DNA of 64,000 bases from the human T2T-CHM13v2.0 reference genome, Homo sapiens: the NCBI RefSeq assembly GCF_009914755.1, contig NC_060929.1. The stretch is one strand, 5' to 3'. Shown piece after piece: positions 13,896 through 27,159 of this stretch (position 1 is its first letter; every line of letters begins with the position of its first letter). A program made the translations under genes and the position numbers. Under the pieces are notes generated by a model. The model did not search any database and had not been told where the DNA came from. It saw nothing but the letters and a program-made list of their open reading frames with translations.

Positions 13896-15365
13896 ACTTA
13901 ACATTTTAGGTCAATATTCCAAACACTTGGCTTAACATGATACTGTAATTTCCTAACATGCCCCTACAGTCATTGGTTTTTGGTGCCTGTCACAGTGCTT
14001 GATATTTTATAAGCATTCAATAACCATCTATGTGTTTTTCAACTTTGTGTTTTTTGTTCATGCTGTTGCTTTTGCCTGGAATTCCCTTCTCTTTTACATT
14101 CTCCCATTTGAAATCTCAGCCAGAATTCCCCTCCTCCATGGCATCTTTTCTCATCCTCTATCTAGAGATAACAAATATTTTTTCAACTCACAGGGATCAC
14201 TAAGTTCATTTTTAAATTTGTATTAGTATTACCGTTATCATTATTATTTTGGCTCCTTTGCCAAATAGGTTGTAAATTTTGTATAGACAGAGACAGCATC
14301 CAATTCCTTTTTTTCCAGACAACTTCTAGAGTGTCTAATATAGCACTTCTCTTGTGATAAGGGTCCCATAAATATTTTAATATAAGTGAATGAATAAATA
14401 ACCCCATAAATGAAAGAAATCTAGAATACAAAATTAAATAGATTCAAAAATGAGTTGTGAACTCCTTCTAAGATAAGATGAATGAATTGAAACTTTAAAT
14501 ATGAATTTGAGAGGTCAAAATACCTTCCCATAATCATTAAATAATTAAATTTGACTAGTAATAAATATGGAGAACCTCTGGAGTCAAATATTTTGTGAAG
14601 CTTGAAAAACTGAGAAGGGTATATTTCTTATACCTTAAAGTACCCTTTAAGATAAACCTACTATATTAGAAATAATTTATTCTTAGGTTACTTCATGAAC
14701 ATTCACCATAGTTATTTCTGTTACACAAAAGTATCAATTAGCATTCAGTTGCAAAGTAAAACTAAACAAATAAAAATAGTCCATTGCTTTAAAATGTTTA
14801 CCTTTGAGTGGTACTATAAGAGAGCAGAAGAAACTATAGGTGAACATTAATTTACAAGCAAAAGAAGATTCACACAAATAAGATTACTAGACTTCATTAA
14901 TAAAAGCACTTTTTAAAATAACATTAATGTATTCACAAAACAAACTGGAAAATAATACAACATATATGACAGTCAATATTTTATGTAAAATAGTTATTAT
15001 TAATTTTTAAAAGATGTGTAACTAAATTAAAATGTGGGCTAATGGCATGAATAGTTCCAATAAAAGCAGAAAGACTGATGTCCAAAATTAGTCATTTAGA
15101 CAACCATAAATGTTTGCTTTCCACAAAGAAATAAATATAAACATCCCCTAGCAAATTAGATATATTAACAACCCAATGTTGTTGAAAGTGCGGTAAAAAA
15201 CAGTTACTGTATATATTACTGGAGGGTATATTAACTGGTGGAGGGCATATTAACTGGTAGAGGGTGTGGTAAAAAATAATCATTCCATACGTTATTGGAG
15301 ATATATTAATTGGTAGAATTTACTTGAAGTAATTTTTTAACATGGATTTTAAAAGTGTACCTTTT

Positions 15366-15815
15366 GAGAGATTAATGATCAGTGGTTTCTAAGAATTAGG
15401 AAAGGAAGAGGAATGAATTGGTGCAGCATAAAGGATTTTTAGAGCAGTGAAAATCATCTACTTCAGTGAAGCAATTTTAGCATCTGTATGATACTATAAT
15501 GATACTATATCATTAGTATCATTAGTATCAACTCTGTATGATACTATAATGGTGGATACATTCATTATACATTTGTCGAGATCCTCAGAATGTACAACAC
15601 CAAGAGTGAACACTAATATAAACTATGGGCTCTGGGCGATAATTATGTGTCAGTGTAGGTTTATCAACTGTAACCAATGCACCACCCTAGTGGGGATGTT
15701 GAAAATGGGGGAGCCTATGCCTGTGTAGGGGATGGGATATATGGGAGCTCTCTTTACCCTCCACTTAACTTTACTGTGAACCTAATACTGCTGTAAAAAT
15801 GAAGTCTATTTTTTA
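15366..15815 (+). mobile_element. L1MC1-like 3' end
   Basis: CCAAGAGTGAACACTAATATAAACTATGG...TGTGAACCTAATACTGCTGTAAAAATGAAGTCT. TSD AAAAGTGTAYCTTTT at 15351-15365 and 15816-15830. Confidence 0.85.
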
Positions 15816-15834
15816 AAAAGTGTATCTTTTCTGT

Positions 15835-16400
15835 ATTTATTCAAAAACATATCGATTATCAGCCAATGTTTGTAGCTGCCTGGAATACAGAACAAACAAA
15901 GTCTACAAAATACCAAGTAGATATAATGTCAAGGAGTACAAAGGCTTGAAGAAAAGTAAAACAAAATAGGGAAATAGATAATACCTTGGGATGCTCTCTG
16001 ACTTGTGGTGGTTGGGGAACATCCTATGGGGTAGATACTATTTGAGGGTAGACTCAACGAAGGGAAAAAGTGAGACTTGGGGTTCTCTGGAAGAGCACTG
16101 CAGGCAGAGGGAGTGGTGAGAACAATGACCGTGGGTGCACTTGGGAGCAGGCAGCCTGTCTGTGTAATGTGCAATGCACGGTGGTAGATGAGATCAGGCA
16201 GGGGCCAGAGCCCAGGTGCGGTAGAACCTTGTCCTAGGCTGTGGTAGCACATGGAATTTTTCTTTGAGTATAATGAGAAGCCATTAGGATGTTTCTGTTT
16301 AGGTATGACATAATGTAATTTCCTTTTTAAAGGTTGCTGCCTGGAGACTAGACTATGAAGGGATCAGGGCAAGGGTGGATATAGGGTTAGGGAGACCCAA
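15835..16400 (-). mobile_element. L2 fragment
   Basis: Purine-rich antisense L2 motifs (GGAAGAGCACTGCAGGCAGAGGGA, ATGAGAAGCCATTAGGATGTTT). Boundaries approximate. Confidence 0.6.
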
Positions 16401-17839
16401 TAATATTTTAGGAATCAGAATCCCTTGGAATCTAAGTTTTCCTCTGTTCTGATATTTTTATTTTAATTAAAAACAGGCAAATCTGTTGTCCCTTTGGCTT
16501 CTTCGTACCACATCTGGAATTGTGCTTTAGAGTCCTCCGAGTGGTTTACAAATGTTTTTTAGGAATCAAATTGCAAGGAAAGTCTTAAACCTAATTCCTG
16601 CAATAAGTAATAACATTTCTTATCAGAATTTTGCAGATAAGATAGACAAGGCCCGAAGAGATTGAGTCTTCTCAAACATCTCAGCTCTATTAGATGGATG
16701 AATGAAGATCACAACTAAGCTTATCTCTTTCCTCTAGCAATTGGAAATCTTTCCTCAAAGGCAACACAGAATACTGAAGAAGATGGAGCATTTTGGTTTC
16801 TCGATTTTAAAGTGGAGGGGTCTGGTGTAGACAGTGGGTGTTTGATGCTGGCTGGTGTTACTTAAAGCATCTGTCTGCCCATCACAACTACAGAAACCTA
16901 TCATAAAAGAGGTAGTAGTCAAATTCCTTAGGCAAAACCAAATTTCTCACTTCTAGCAAAAAGAACATCCAAAAGGTTTCTTGGATATGAAATCACTTTG
17001 GAAAATAATATTTTGATGACTTAAGTGTGAACAAATCAGAAACACATGTTTTCAGTTTTCTAGGGAATAATGATTGCTTTAAAATTAACCTAAAGGTGCC
17101 AGGTGGAGTTTAGATTTTATTAAGTCTCAAACATTTGGCAAATAGTTCAAGATGTAGGACCCAATGTGCATCTGGATTCATCTAGTCCTGATATAAATTA
17201 GATATCACAAACATGTGTTGAGTTGTGTGGCTTTGATCTCCTTTCAGAAGGGATTGGATTCTCAGGACCTAACCTGCTCTCACAAATGGAAGTTTAGTGT
17301 GTGCCTGGATTTTCCTTCTCTTCACGAATATTTTCTGTTAACTCATGGGAATACGGATGAACATTTGAAAAGTCAGCTTTGGAGTGTGGTGTGATGAAAA
17401 AACTTTCATACTTTAATAAATAAGATTTTCAATGATAATCAAACCTGCTCAGGGAATCTTTAAAACTGGAGGCTAACTCTTAGAAGATATTCTTGTTTGA
17501 GCAATTATGTATTAGATTTTTGTGAACATTTCATCATAGTTATGATTCATGGTCATATGAAGTGATGAAGGTTGTACATGTATAAGAAAACTCTTCCAAT
17601 CTCATTCACTGTGATCAAAAAGAAAAGGAAAAAACCTCCACCTCTTAAATAAAATACCTCTTTAGACTTCAGCTCACATTGAAATACTGGTTATAAATGG
17701 CACAAAACTAACATGATTCTGATTACTGTTATTCAGTCTAAATTAATAATAATTTGTAGGCATTGAGTGAGATATATTTAATTTAGTATAATTTATTATC
17801 TTATTTTTTCTACAATTTTAATTTTTCTCAAGTAACCAT

Positions 17840-17941
17840 TATATGTGTGTGTATATGTGTGTCTTTCTAACTTTCTCTCTCTATATATATATGTGTATAT
17901 ATATACGTATGTATATACATACATACATACACACACACACA
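17840..17941. repeat. Compound TG/TC/TA/CA microsatellite
   Basis: Low-complexity dinucleotide runs read directly. Confidence 0.85.
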
Positions 17942-18859
17942 TTTATAAATTTTTTATAGACTCCAATAGCCATAATTCTTCTAATTTGGTGGAGGGAAGC
18001 TATGCTATAGAAGGAAGTAGTCACAGTGTCACAGCTGGAAGGGCCAGGCTTACTCCACTTTGATTGAGTTGGATTTCTTCTGTATAGCATCAGGGCATTA
18101 TGGAGCATATTTTCCTTTACTGATCATATAATCAGCCATTTCTCCCTTGTATACCAGCTGGACCTAGTTTGATTATCTTAATGGCATCCAACTTCCATTT
18201 TTGTCAGGGAAATTTCAAAGCTATTTAGCCTATTTAATAATTCTTAAAGTGAGAAAGTAAAATTATTTAAGTGAATTGATTAGAAGGATGTTGATATGGT
18301 TTCATATGATTGATTCTTTTTTTCTTTTTAGTATGTTTTCCTTGGTGGACACCTGAAGAATGAATAGGAACAGAAAGTGTAACATAAATCTTTGGATTAA
18401 CCTTATTTCTCTTGCAATTTCATTCTGTAAGTATTACTTAATAATCTATTTTGTGTGTGGCCCTGTGCTATATACGGTCCTAAAATATGAGACACACTCA
18501 TCACAAACCATTTACCAGTTTTATAAACTTAAGCTTATTATTTAATTTCCCTGTGCTCTAGCTCTCTCATTTATAAGGTGGAGATAATAATATAATTATC
18601 AATAAGGTGAGTTCACATATGAAAAGCACTTACCACTATCCCTAGCATAATGCTTTATTATTATTATTTAAATGATCTACATTTGAGACTGAGGTGTATA
18701 AAATAACCTGAGAACAATGCAGACAATATGTTATTGTAGTGAAATGCTATATTGAGTATATCAAACTAGGCTCTACACTGATGGAAACCTAGGCATAAAA
18801 GCTCACTAAAGAGGCCTAACAGCTTGGCAGCAACACAAAGATATTAGATCCAAATGCTT

Positions 18860-19440
18860 TTTAAATGTTTTGAATAAAATAATTAAGGAACGGATTGTAA
18901 AGGGACAAGAGTCAATACTGGAAGACCAGTTAGGAGGCTATTGTAGTTGAGACCTAATATGGCAATTAGGGTAGAAGTAGTGGATTTAGAGAAAAATGGA
19001 CATATTGAAGATATGTATTGGAAGTAGAACCTTCAGCACTTGATGGATTACCTATGTCCTGTGAAGATGAGGGAATATACAGAATCAAGCATGATTCTTC
19101 CCCCCATGCCCAACCTTAAAATAAATTTTTGGCTTTAACAGTGAAAGATTTGGTGACACATTTACTGAGATGGAGACAATTGAGGAAGAAATAAGTTCTG
19201 GACCCATGAGGTTAATGGTACCTATGACATGTCAAGCAAGGGACCTGGACCAGAGACATAGAACTGCATGTAATGAGTTGTAAAGGACATGTAAAGCCAT
19301 GACAGTAAAGTCAATCAGAGAGAGAGAATGTTTAGTAAGAGAGGTGAAAGGAACCCAGGACCTCCAACTTTGCAAGATTAGGAGAAAGGGGAAAAAGCCC
19401 TAGCAGGGAAGGCTGAGAATTAGTGTCTTGTGGAAAACAA
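18860..19440 (-). mobile_element. L2 fragment
   Basis: GGAAGACCAGTTAGGAGGCTATTGTAGT and CATTTACTGAGATGGAGA are typical antisense L2 motifs. Confidence 0.7.
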
Positions 19441-22400
19441 AGATGAGGCGAATTAAGAGGAAAACAAACAAATAAAAACAATAAAAAGAGCTAACCTCTG
19501 AAGAGCACATTAGGTCTTGTATTATTGAATATTAACTAGCAAATACCTCTTTACCCTAGTCACAACCAGGAGCTTCATTAACATGAAGCTTTAAAGCAAG
19601 GAAGTATGTATTTCAGATAATAGCTCCCAATTAAACACAGCCCCTCAGTTGTAAAAGTTAAGATACGATAAGATCCAGAGGTCTTCTGATTTATGGTTCC
19701 TTGGTTCTCATGTTTTGGATGAAAGACAAGTCACTGCTCCCAGTAGAACTTAGAGTAGAACCTCTACCATAAACTGAGCTAGAACTGTCTTTGAAAACAA
19801 TGCAGCCTGGAACTTTTTAAGTTCACCCTTTGTTCCTACTTCCTGATGGCTTATTAAAGGCAGAGCCAATCAACAAACTCCCGAAAACTATCTGGTGACA
19901 TACCAGCCCTTCTGATATTTTCCATCTACCTTGAGATAGAGAATCAGCAAGATTACAAATAGAAATATGCTCCCATACGATTGCTTTGCCTTAAAGACAG
20001 AGAACTTATCTTATTCATTTCTGCAGTTTCAGCACATAACCAGTACCAGGTAGAGAGTGGAAACTTAAATCAGCATTTCGCAAGAGAGAATAAATAAATA
20101 CCCAATACAGAGTGCTACAGAACTAGAAATAAAATGATACAAAAAATCTCAGCTGCTATTATGAAAAATTCTTACATCATTTTTATCTGTGTTCTATATA
20201 CAGTATTGATATGTTTACTATACTATCAAAATTCCAAAGTCTCTACCTAGGCATCAATATTCTTACAAATCTATGAATTTTCTATCACACATTTTTTTTT
20301 CCACTAAAGGACACTATTTTGCTAATGCAAGAAAGCCAGTAAATAGAACTGAGCCCAAACTCTCTAATACCAAGGGCTATGGTGAGGCTGATCCAGGACT
20401 TGGTAAGTAGTATATCTTATTTTATTTAAAAAAATCGATATTTAATAGTCTGTTAGCTGAGCCAAAAACACACAGGCTGCAGAAGAAACACTTGTAGATT
20501 GCAAAGTGATATTTAAAGAAAAATGCAGACTTGATAAGCATTTCCATGTTTCGTATATTTGGTTTTCAAGAAAAGATGTTGAATAGGCCATTTGATATGT
20601 TAGCTGAATGCAGCTGTTTAGATATTTGTTTGGTCTACTATTGAATTTTTCATTAAAAATATGTGGTTAACAGCAGCCAACCTGATTTGCATGTGTGTGT
20701 TCCTGATTTGTTCACCGCAATGCCTCCCGTCTCCTACATCTTAATCACACCCAGGCGCCCGCCCCATTACATTACCAGAAGGGAAGTGATGGACATCCTT
20801 TGACTCTCTTCATGACCCCCTGATAATCCTGTTTCACACATAGGCTCCCTGCTGTAGGAAACACAAAAGCTGCCACTGTAGTTTTTTACTTCCAGTCGAT
20901 ATTCTGACAGACTTGATCTAGCAAATTAGTATGCTGTGGTAGGGGCACGACAAAAGACCCTTTTGACACACTCTGAATCAATACCAAGGCCGACAGAGAG
21001 CCATTTCACCGTAGTTCTGTTATTTTTCCCCTTTTGATGACCCTTTGCTTTTTTTCCCCAGCTTATATGACCTTGTCAGATTTAAAAATATAATGTTAGA
21101 AAAGTCATCCTTGCACACACATGTGCACACAAAGACCATGTAGGATATACTAAAATTCCTAATAACAATGTAAAAGAGAAAGGCAGCTGGTGACGAAATT
21201 CAAGTACCTTTAAAAAAATGTTTCTTCTTTCTACCAAAAAGAAAGGGAAAAATAGAAAATAATCAGACATCTTGAATAGCTGTGTATATTAGAGAATATA
21301 GTCTAATTAGGCCAGGTTAGTTTTCATTTTATGTTATACTTAGTTACTGGTTGCCTTCAAATTCTAAAACTTGTTAAAATGAAACATAATGTAATCTCAT
21401 GGATGTTTTATATTTTAAGCTGTTCATTAGTTATATTAATCAAGGCTCCTGAGTTTAAAATAGAGAGCATTTTGTTAAATATTTGAAGTTAAAATCATTA
21501 GAAAGTAAACTTCAAATAACTATGGAGAACAAAATAAAGTTATTAACAAAAATATAAGGTCTTTCCTTATTAACCTTTGCCAAAATAAAATTTTACTTTT
21601 TAATATCATGCATTTTTGGTACAGAAATTCTAATTTTCCACATTTATAGTGTAAGGCATATCAGTGTTATATCCTACTTCCCACATATATGATATAACCT
21701 CTCCAAATGTTTTTTATTTTTTACTTAATCCCCAATGTGATAGCACAAATGTTTGTTCATCAAACAAAAACACTTACATATTTAGTATAAATGGTGGTCC
21801 TCTATTAAGTTTAATATATAAGTGCGTCTGGTAAAACAGATATTGGGATTTCATCCTATTTTTATCTTCAAGGTATACTTATGTACATTATAAATATGAG
21901 TTCACTAAAATAATATATCTTTATTCACTCTTTATATAGCAAGTGAGAAACTCATGCTGTAAAAATGAACTCTGTTGAAATATCTGCTGTCTCTTTTTTT
22001 ATTGTCATCAAAGAACACAGGAAAGTATTTGAAAATGTTTCTCAGCGCTTAAAATGTGAATGTTCCAAAGATCAGACAAAGAAAAATAATAAAAAATAGA
22101 GACATTCTCAGGTTTAAAAAATGCTTTACCTCTACAAAGAAACTCTCTCCTAAAACAAGTGCACAGTTGATTTCTAGTGTTTGCCAGGGAGTAGGTACAC
22201 CACCTATGTGGCACTTCACCACCTTCAAGGACGGAAACGTTGTTATCTCAAATAAAACAACTCTTACAGACTCAATTCAGATATAAGACTACTTAAGTTA
22301 ATCCTTTCTGGAGACACAGTGGCAAAATTACCCAAGCTAATTCCAAATCCTTGTTCATTTTTCTTCAATGAAATATTGCTAGGACCTCAAATAGTCTCCA

Positions 22401-23015
22401 AATCATGCCAGCTTTAGGATAGTATATGTTCTTTTGATTTATCAGTACTAATATCAGGACATACTGATTCATGAGCTTTCTATATAAGGCACACAGTCAT
22501 ATCACAATAGATATATCCCAATTATAATGGCATTAATTATATAAATCTTTTTGTGAAGTCTACATTTGCAGGACAATACAAATCTGGAAATGTATGGTAT
22601 TCACACTTAAATAAATTACTGTTTAATAAAATTTCTTTTATATAATCCAAGCTACACAGACTTTTGGAGAATAAGTGTCTGGTATAAATAATATCTTTAT
22701 TATTATTCTGGTTTAGGTTATTAGTTAAGAAACCAAGTAATAGATAAAGAAAAACAATTTTCCAAAAATGCCGTGCCTGCAAGATGCAGGTATTTTTAAT
22801 TTTCTGCATTTTTTGTTTGAAGAATATTAATAATTCTTAAAAATAAATGAAGTAGAAAAAATACTGAGTTCTTTTGGATGTTTGTGGCTTCATGTCGAAA
22901 CAAATAACACTTCCAATAGCCTTTTTGGATTTTGACTTCCCCAATCCAATGTGCACACACACAAACACCACACACACTGTGACCCACCGGACTACAGAGA
23001 CTGTAACTGTGCTGC

Positions 23016-23741
23016 TGTTAACGGTGGAATGTATCTGAGTAACATGGCAACAAAGTATGTTAGCAGCAGCAAATCCCTATGGGTCTGCAGCAACCTCAAT
23101 TCTTGCCTCCTCAGAAGAAAGAATTCCACTGAGGGGCATAAGGCAGAAGGAGAGACTGAGGCGAGTTTTGGGACAGGAGTGAGTTTATTAAAAAGCTTTA
23201 GAGTAGGAATGAAAGGAAATTAAGTACACTTGGAAGAGGTCCAAGCAGGCAACTTGAGAAATCAAGTGCCCTGTTTGACCTTTGACCTAGGGTTTTATGT
23301 TGCCATACTTACAGGTCTTGCATTCGTTCTCCCGATTGTTCTCTAGGGGTGGGCTGTCTGCATGTTGCAGTGTCCTGCTACTGCTTGGGAGGGGAGAATG
23401 TACTGGAATTGTACACATGCTCACTTGAGGCATTCTTCCCTTACCAGTCGAATGGCCCTAGAACGTATCAGTTAATCTCCACCATTTTGCCTCTTAATGT
23501 GCATGCTTGAGCCCACTCGCACAACTCCTGAGATCTTACCAGGAAGCTGCTGATCACCGGTTTCAGTTCTTTTCTATTAGGAGACTGCCTTTCCCTGACA
23601 CTGGCTGCCACCAATTATTATTTTCGAGAAACAGTTAACAACCGTCTGACCATCACCTGATGGTCACCTGACATTCTTGGTGGGGGATAGAGGGAGCTGT
23701 CTCCTGCTCTGCTCATACCTGACTAGCTACCTACTGTAACA
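23016..23741 (-). mobile_element. MER50 (ERV1) solo LTR
   Basis: The reverse complement starts TGTTACAGTAGGTAGCTAGTCAGGTATGAGCAG. TG...CA termini, 4-bp TSD CTGC. Confidence 0.88.
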
Positions 23742-24467
23742 CTGCCATTAGAAGAAATGATGAAATTCCACTGCAGGTAGGGAAAACTTTAACTTTAGAT
23801 GTTGGAATCCAATTGCTAGAGAGAGGACTGCTAGACAACACAGAGAGATATAAAGAAATGGGAAGGATATATATTTAATTGTGATCCAAAGAGCAAATCT
23901 CTATCATGATAAACAAATATCCCTACAGTTTTGCTATTGCTTTCTTCTTTGCGGTAGATTATTTTTATGTTTCCTAGTGCTAACTGATTTTTTTCTCTGG
24001 ATTAGCTTTTTTTTCTGTTGCATTGTTACTGCCTTTAAACTACTTATTTAAAGTCTTAGGCCTTGGTGGATAGTTATGAAAACTTCCAGTCCAGTCTAAC
24101 TTTTGTGTTGTAAAGTTTTTTCTTTAGAAAATTATCTGTTGCAAATTCATCTATTTTTGTTTCTAAAGTTTTCCTCATGTAACTTCACACATCACTCACG
24201 TACTTCAAGTAACTGATTTTACATTAACATTGAGCTCACAGGAAAGGAGTCATTTACCTGGGCAGGCAGATCTTCTGTCTTTCAGTGTCTTAATTCATCC
24301 TGTACAACTTTTTGGCTAAACAACTCCTCATGTTGCAACAAAACCCAGTGACCTCCTTGAGGTGGCTTGAGGTCAGAGGAGATATTATCTCTATTTTATA
24401 AAATAGCCTTTTCAGTTACTGTTATGTCTCTTTTCCATCTATACAAATCATTTTTTGTACATGATTT

Positions 24468-25103
24468 TGTCAGAGGTGTTTGAACCACAGCGACTCCATC
24501 TTGAATAGGGGCTGAGTAAAGTAAGTCTGAGACCTACTGGGCTATATTCCCAGGAGGTTAGGCATTCTTAGCCACAGGATGAGATAGGAGTTTGACACAA
24601 GATACAGGTCACAAAGACCTTGCTGATAAGACAGGATATGGTAAAGAAGCCAGAAGGTGGCCAAAACCCGCCAAAACAAAGATGGTGACGAAAGTGACCT
24701 CTGGTCTCCTTATTACTCATTACACATTAATTCTAATGCATTCGCATGCTGAAAGACATTCCCTCTAGCACCAGGACAGCTTACAAATGCCATGGCAATG
24801 TCCAGAAGTTACCCTATATGGTCTAAAAAGGGAAGGAACCCTCAGTTCCAGGAAATACCCTCCCCTTTCCTGGAAAACTCATTAATAATTCACCCCCTGT
24901 TTAGCATACAATTAAGAAATAACTATAAGTATACTCAGTCGAGCAGCCCATGCTGCTGTTCTGCCTATGGAGTATTTTGTATTCTTTTACTTTCTTAATA
25001 AACGTGCTTTCACTTTATTCTATGGACTCGCCCTGAATTCTTTCTTGCCCAAGGTCCAAGAACCCTCTTTTGGGGTCTGGATTAAGACTCCTTTCTGGTA
25101 GCA
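24468..25103 (+). mobile_element. MER41B-like (ERV1) solo LTR
   Basis: Starts TGTCAGAGGTGTTTGAACCACAGCGACTCCATCTTGAATAGG. Length 636 bp, contains AATAAA, 4-bp TSD ATTT. Confidence 0.93.
24846..24875. promoter_or_regulatory. Tandem GAS (STAT) motifs in MER41B
   Basis: TTCCAGGAA at 24846-24854 and TTCCTGGAA at 24867-24875. Both fit TTCN3GAA. Confidence 0.6.
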
Positions 25104-25861
25104 ATTTTAGAGGCACTTCTCCTTGTTTAAATAAGAGAAAAGTTCAAACATAAAATTCTTGAATCAGATATAGTCTTTGCTGAAGAAAATATCTATCTAA
25201 AACTGAAGAGCATGATAAGATACAAACATTATTTTCCTAAAAATAAATCATTATAATCTGGCACGAGATTTGAAAGAATAAATGTTAAATATTGGAACTA
25301 TTTCTTTATACACAACATTAATGTACATACCAAAGTTCTTACACAACGAATTCCTGATAATTTAGCAACATTTTATCCATTTGTTTTTTAGCTAAGCCCC
25401 CCTTTTATTTTTTGGAATACTGCCTGCCTCCTCACAACTTCATTTCCTCCGAGATTTTTAGACCAATGCTAGACAAGTGAAAGTAGAGAAAAAAGTAACT
25501 CAAGGCAGTTATCTATGCAGCGAATTTTTCATGATCATCTTTTATTCTACAGTTTTCAGTATAATTAAAACATTGAAATATTAAGGTAGATGACTACATA
25601 ATTTATAAAAAGACTGAATGAACCTAATATGACACAAATAAGACTCGTCAGAGATTTTCAAGTAATTACTATGAGATACCATAATTTTCAGGATTGAAAA
25701 ACAATCCATAAGGAACAATAAATTACCATTGGTGGAAAAAGAAGCTAAACAAAAGAGATAGAATAAAGGTGATATCAAGGTGTATACTGACACAGATTAT
25801 AACCTACTTGCTAATGATTTCTACATGGTGGTTTTATTTTTATCCTATTTGACCTGATATC

Positions 25862-26305
25862 TGTTAGGGTCACCCCGACCAGACCATTCCCTTCCCCTCC
25901 CACAGGCCTTACAATACAGTCTCTTGCACTCTCCACACAGGTACCTCAGGGCAAAAGACAACCCTCCCCTTCACTGACCCCTCCAGTAACTGTTTGTCCA
26001 GGCAGTTACAGGATGCAGTTAACATGTCTGTTCACTTCGCATAACAAAACTGGCAAAAAACATCTCCAGGATGCGGTCAAGACACCTGCACCCCCGACTC
26101 AGCTCCCCCACCCCGACTCAGCCCTCCTGCACACCCAACTCAGCTCCACCACCCTGACCCAGTTCCTCGCACTATAAAGCCCTGCTGTAGTCTGTAAGCT
26201 TTTGTCAGGAGGTAGCCCGGCAGGACTGACAATAAATCAGCTTACCTGAACTTGGGTCTACTGGCCTCATTCCTTTCTCAGCTGTCCTTCCAATTATCCC
26301 TTACA
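25862..26305 (+). mobile_element. Solo LTR, probably ERVL class (LTR32-like; subfamily uncertain)
   Basis: TGTTAGGG...CCCTTACA inverted termini, 5-bp TSD ATATC, TATAAA at 26173, AATAAA at 26231. Confidence 0.8.
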
Positions 26306-26852
26306 ATATCTTGGACCTTTTCTCCTGCAAATATCTTTAACTTGTACAGTGATTACAAATTTGGGGGAAATGCCACGAAAATGCCATTAGTATCTTCATG
26401 GCTTTGAGCCAATTGGGGTAATATGGCAAGAGTATAAGTTCAACGTTTAATGCTACCCTCAAATTTATTATTCCTGACTATAGCTTCAGTGAATCCTTCA
26501 GAAATATGGAAGGCAAAAACGTGCATGCAGAGCTATTATATCATGTAAATTAGGCAAGTCTGATTTGTCTGGAGCACCATTAGCTGGTGCAAAATCCCAC
26601 TGATGCCTCCCCAAAAAGTTAGGAAACACCCTGTGAACTGTGTGAGTAAAAGCGTATACAGGGATGTAAGTCTCCTCACCACCACAAGCAGTGGTGGAGA
26701 CATAGGGGGAACTGGTCCAGCCAGCGTTGTGATTAGAAATGGCTGTGGGCTGTCAGGTGGTCAGGTAAGCCACAGTACTTGGTGGTCCTTGAAAGAACCA
26801 TAGTGTTGTGTCTTGTGCTGATACAATGCAGACAACAGGAAGAGTTGAAGTC

Positions 26853-27159
<307 letters not shown>

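Noticed and set aside
13548-15551. Three copies of a 32-bp sequence considered as a CRISPR-like repeat
   Set aside because: The sequences following the first two copies are identical rather than unique spacers, the third copy is 1.8 kb away, there are no cas genes, and the DNA is human.
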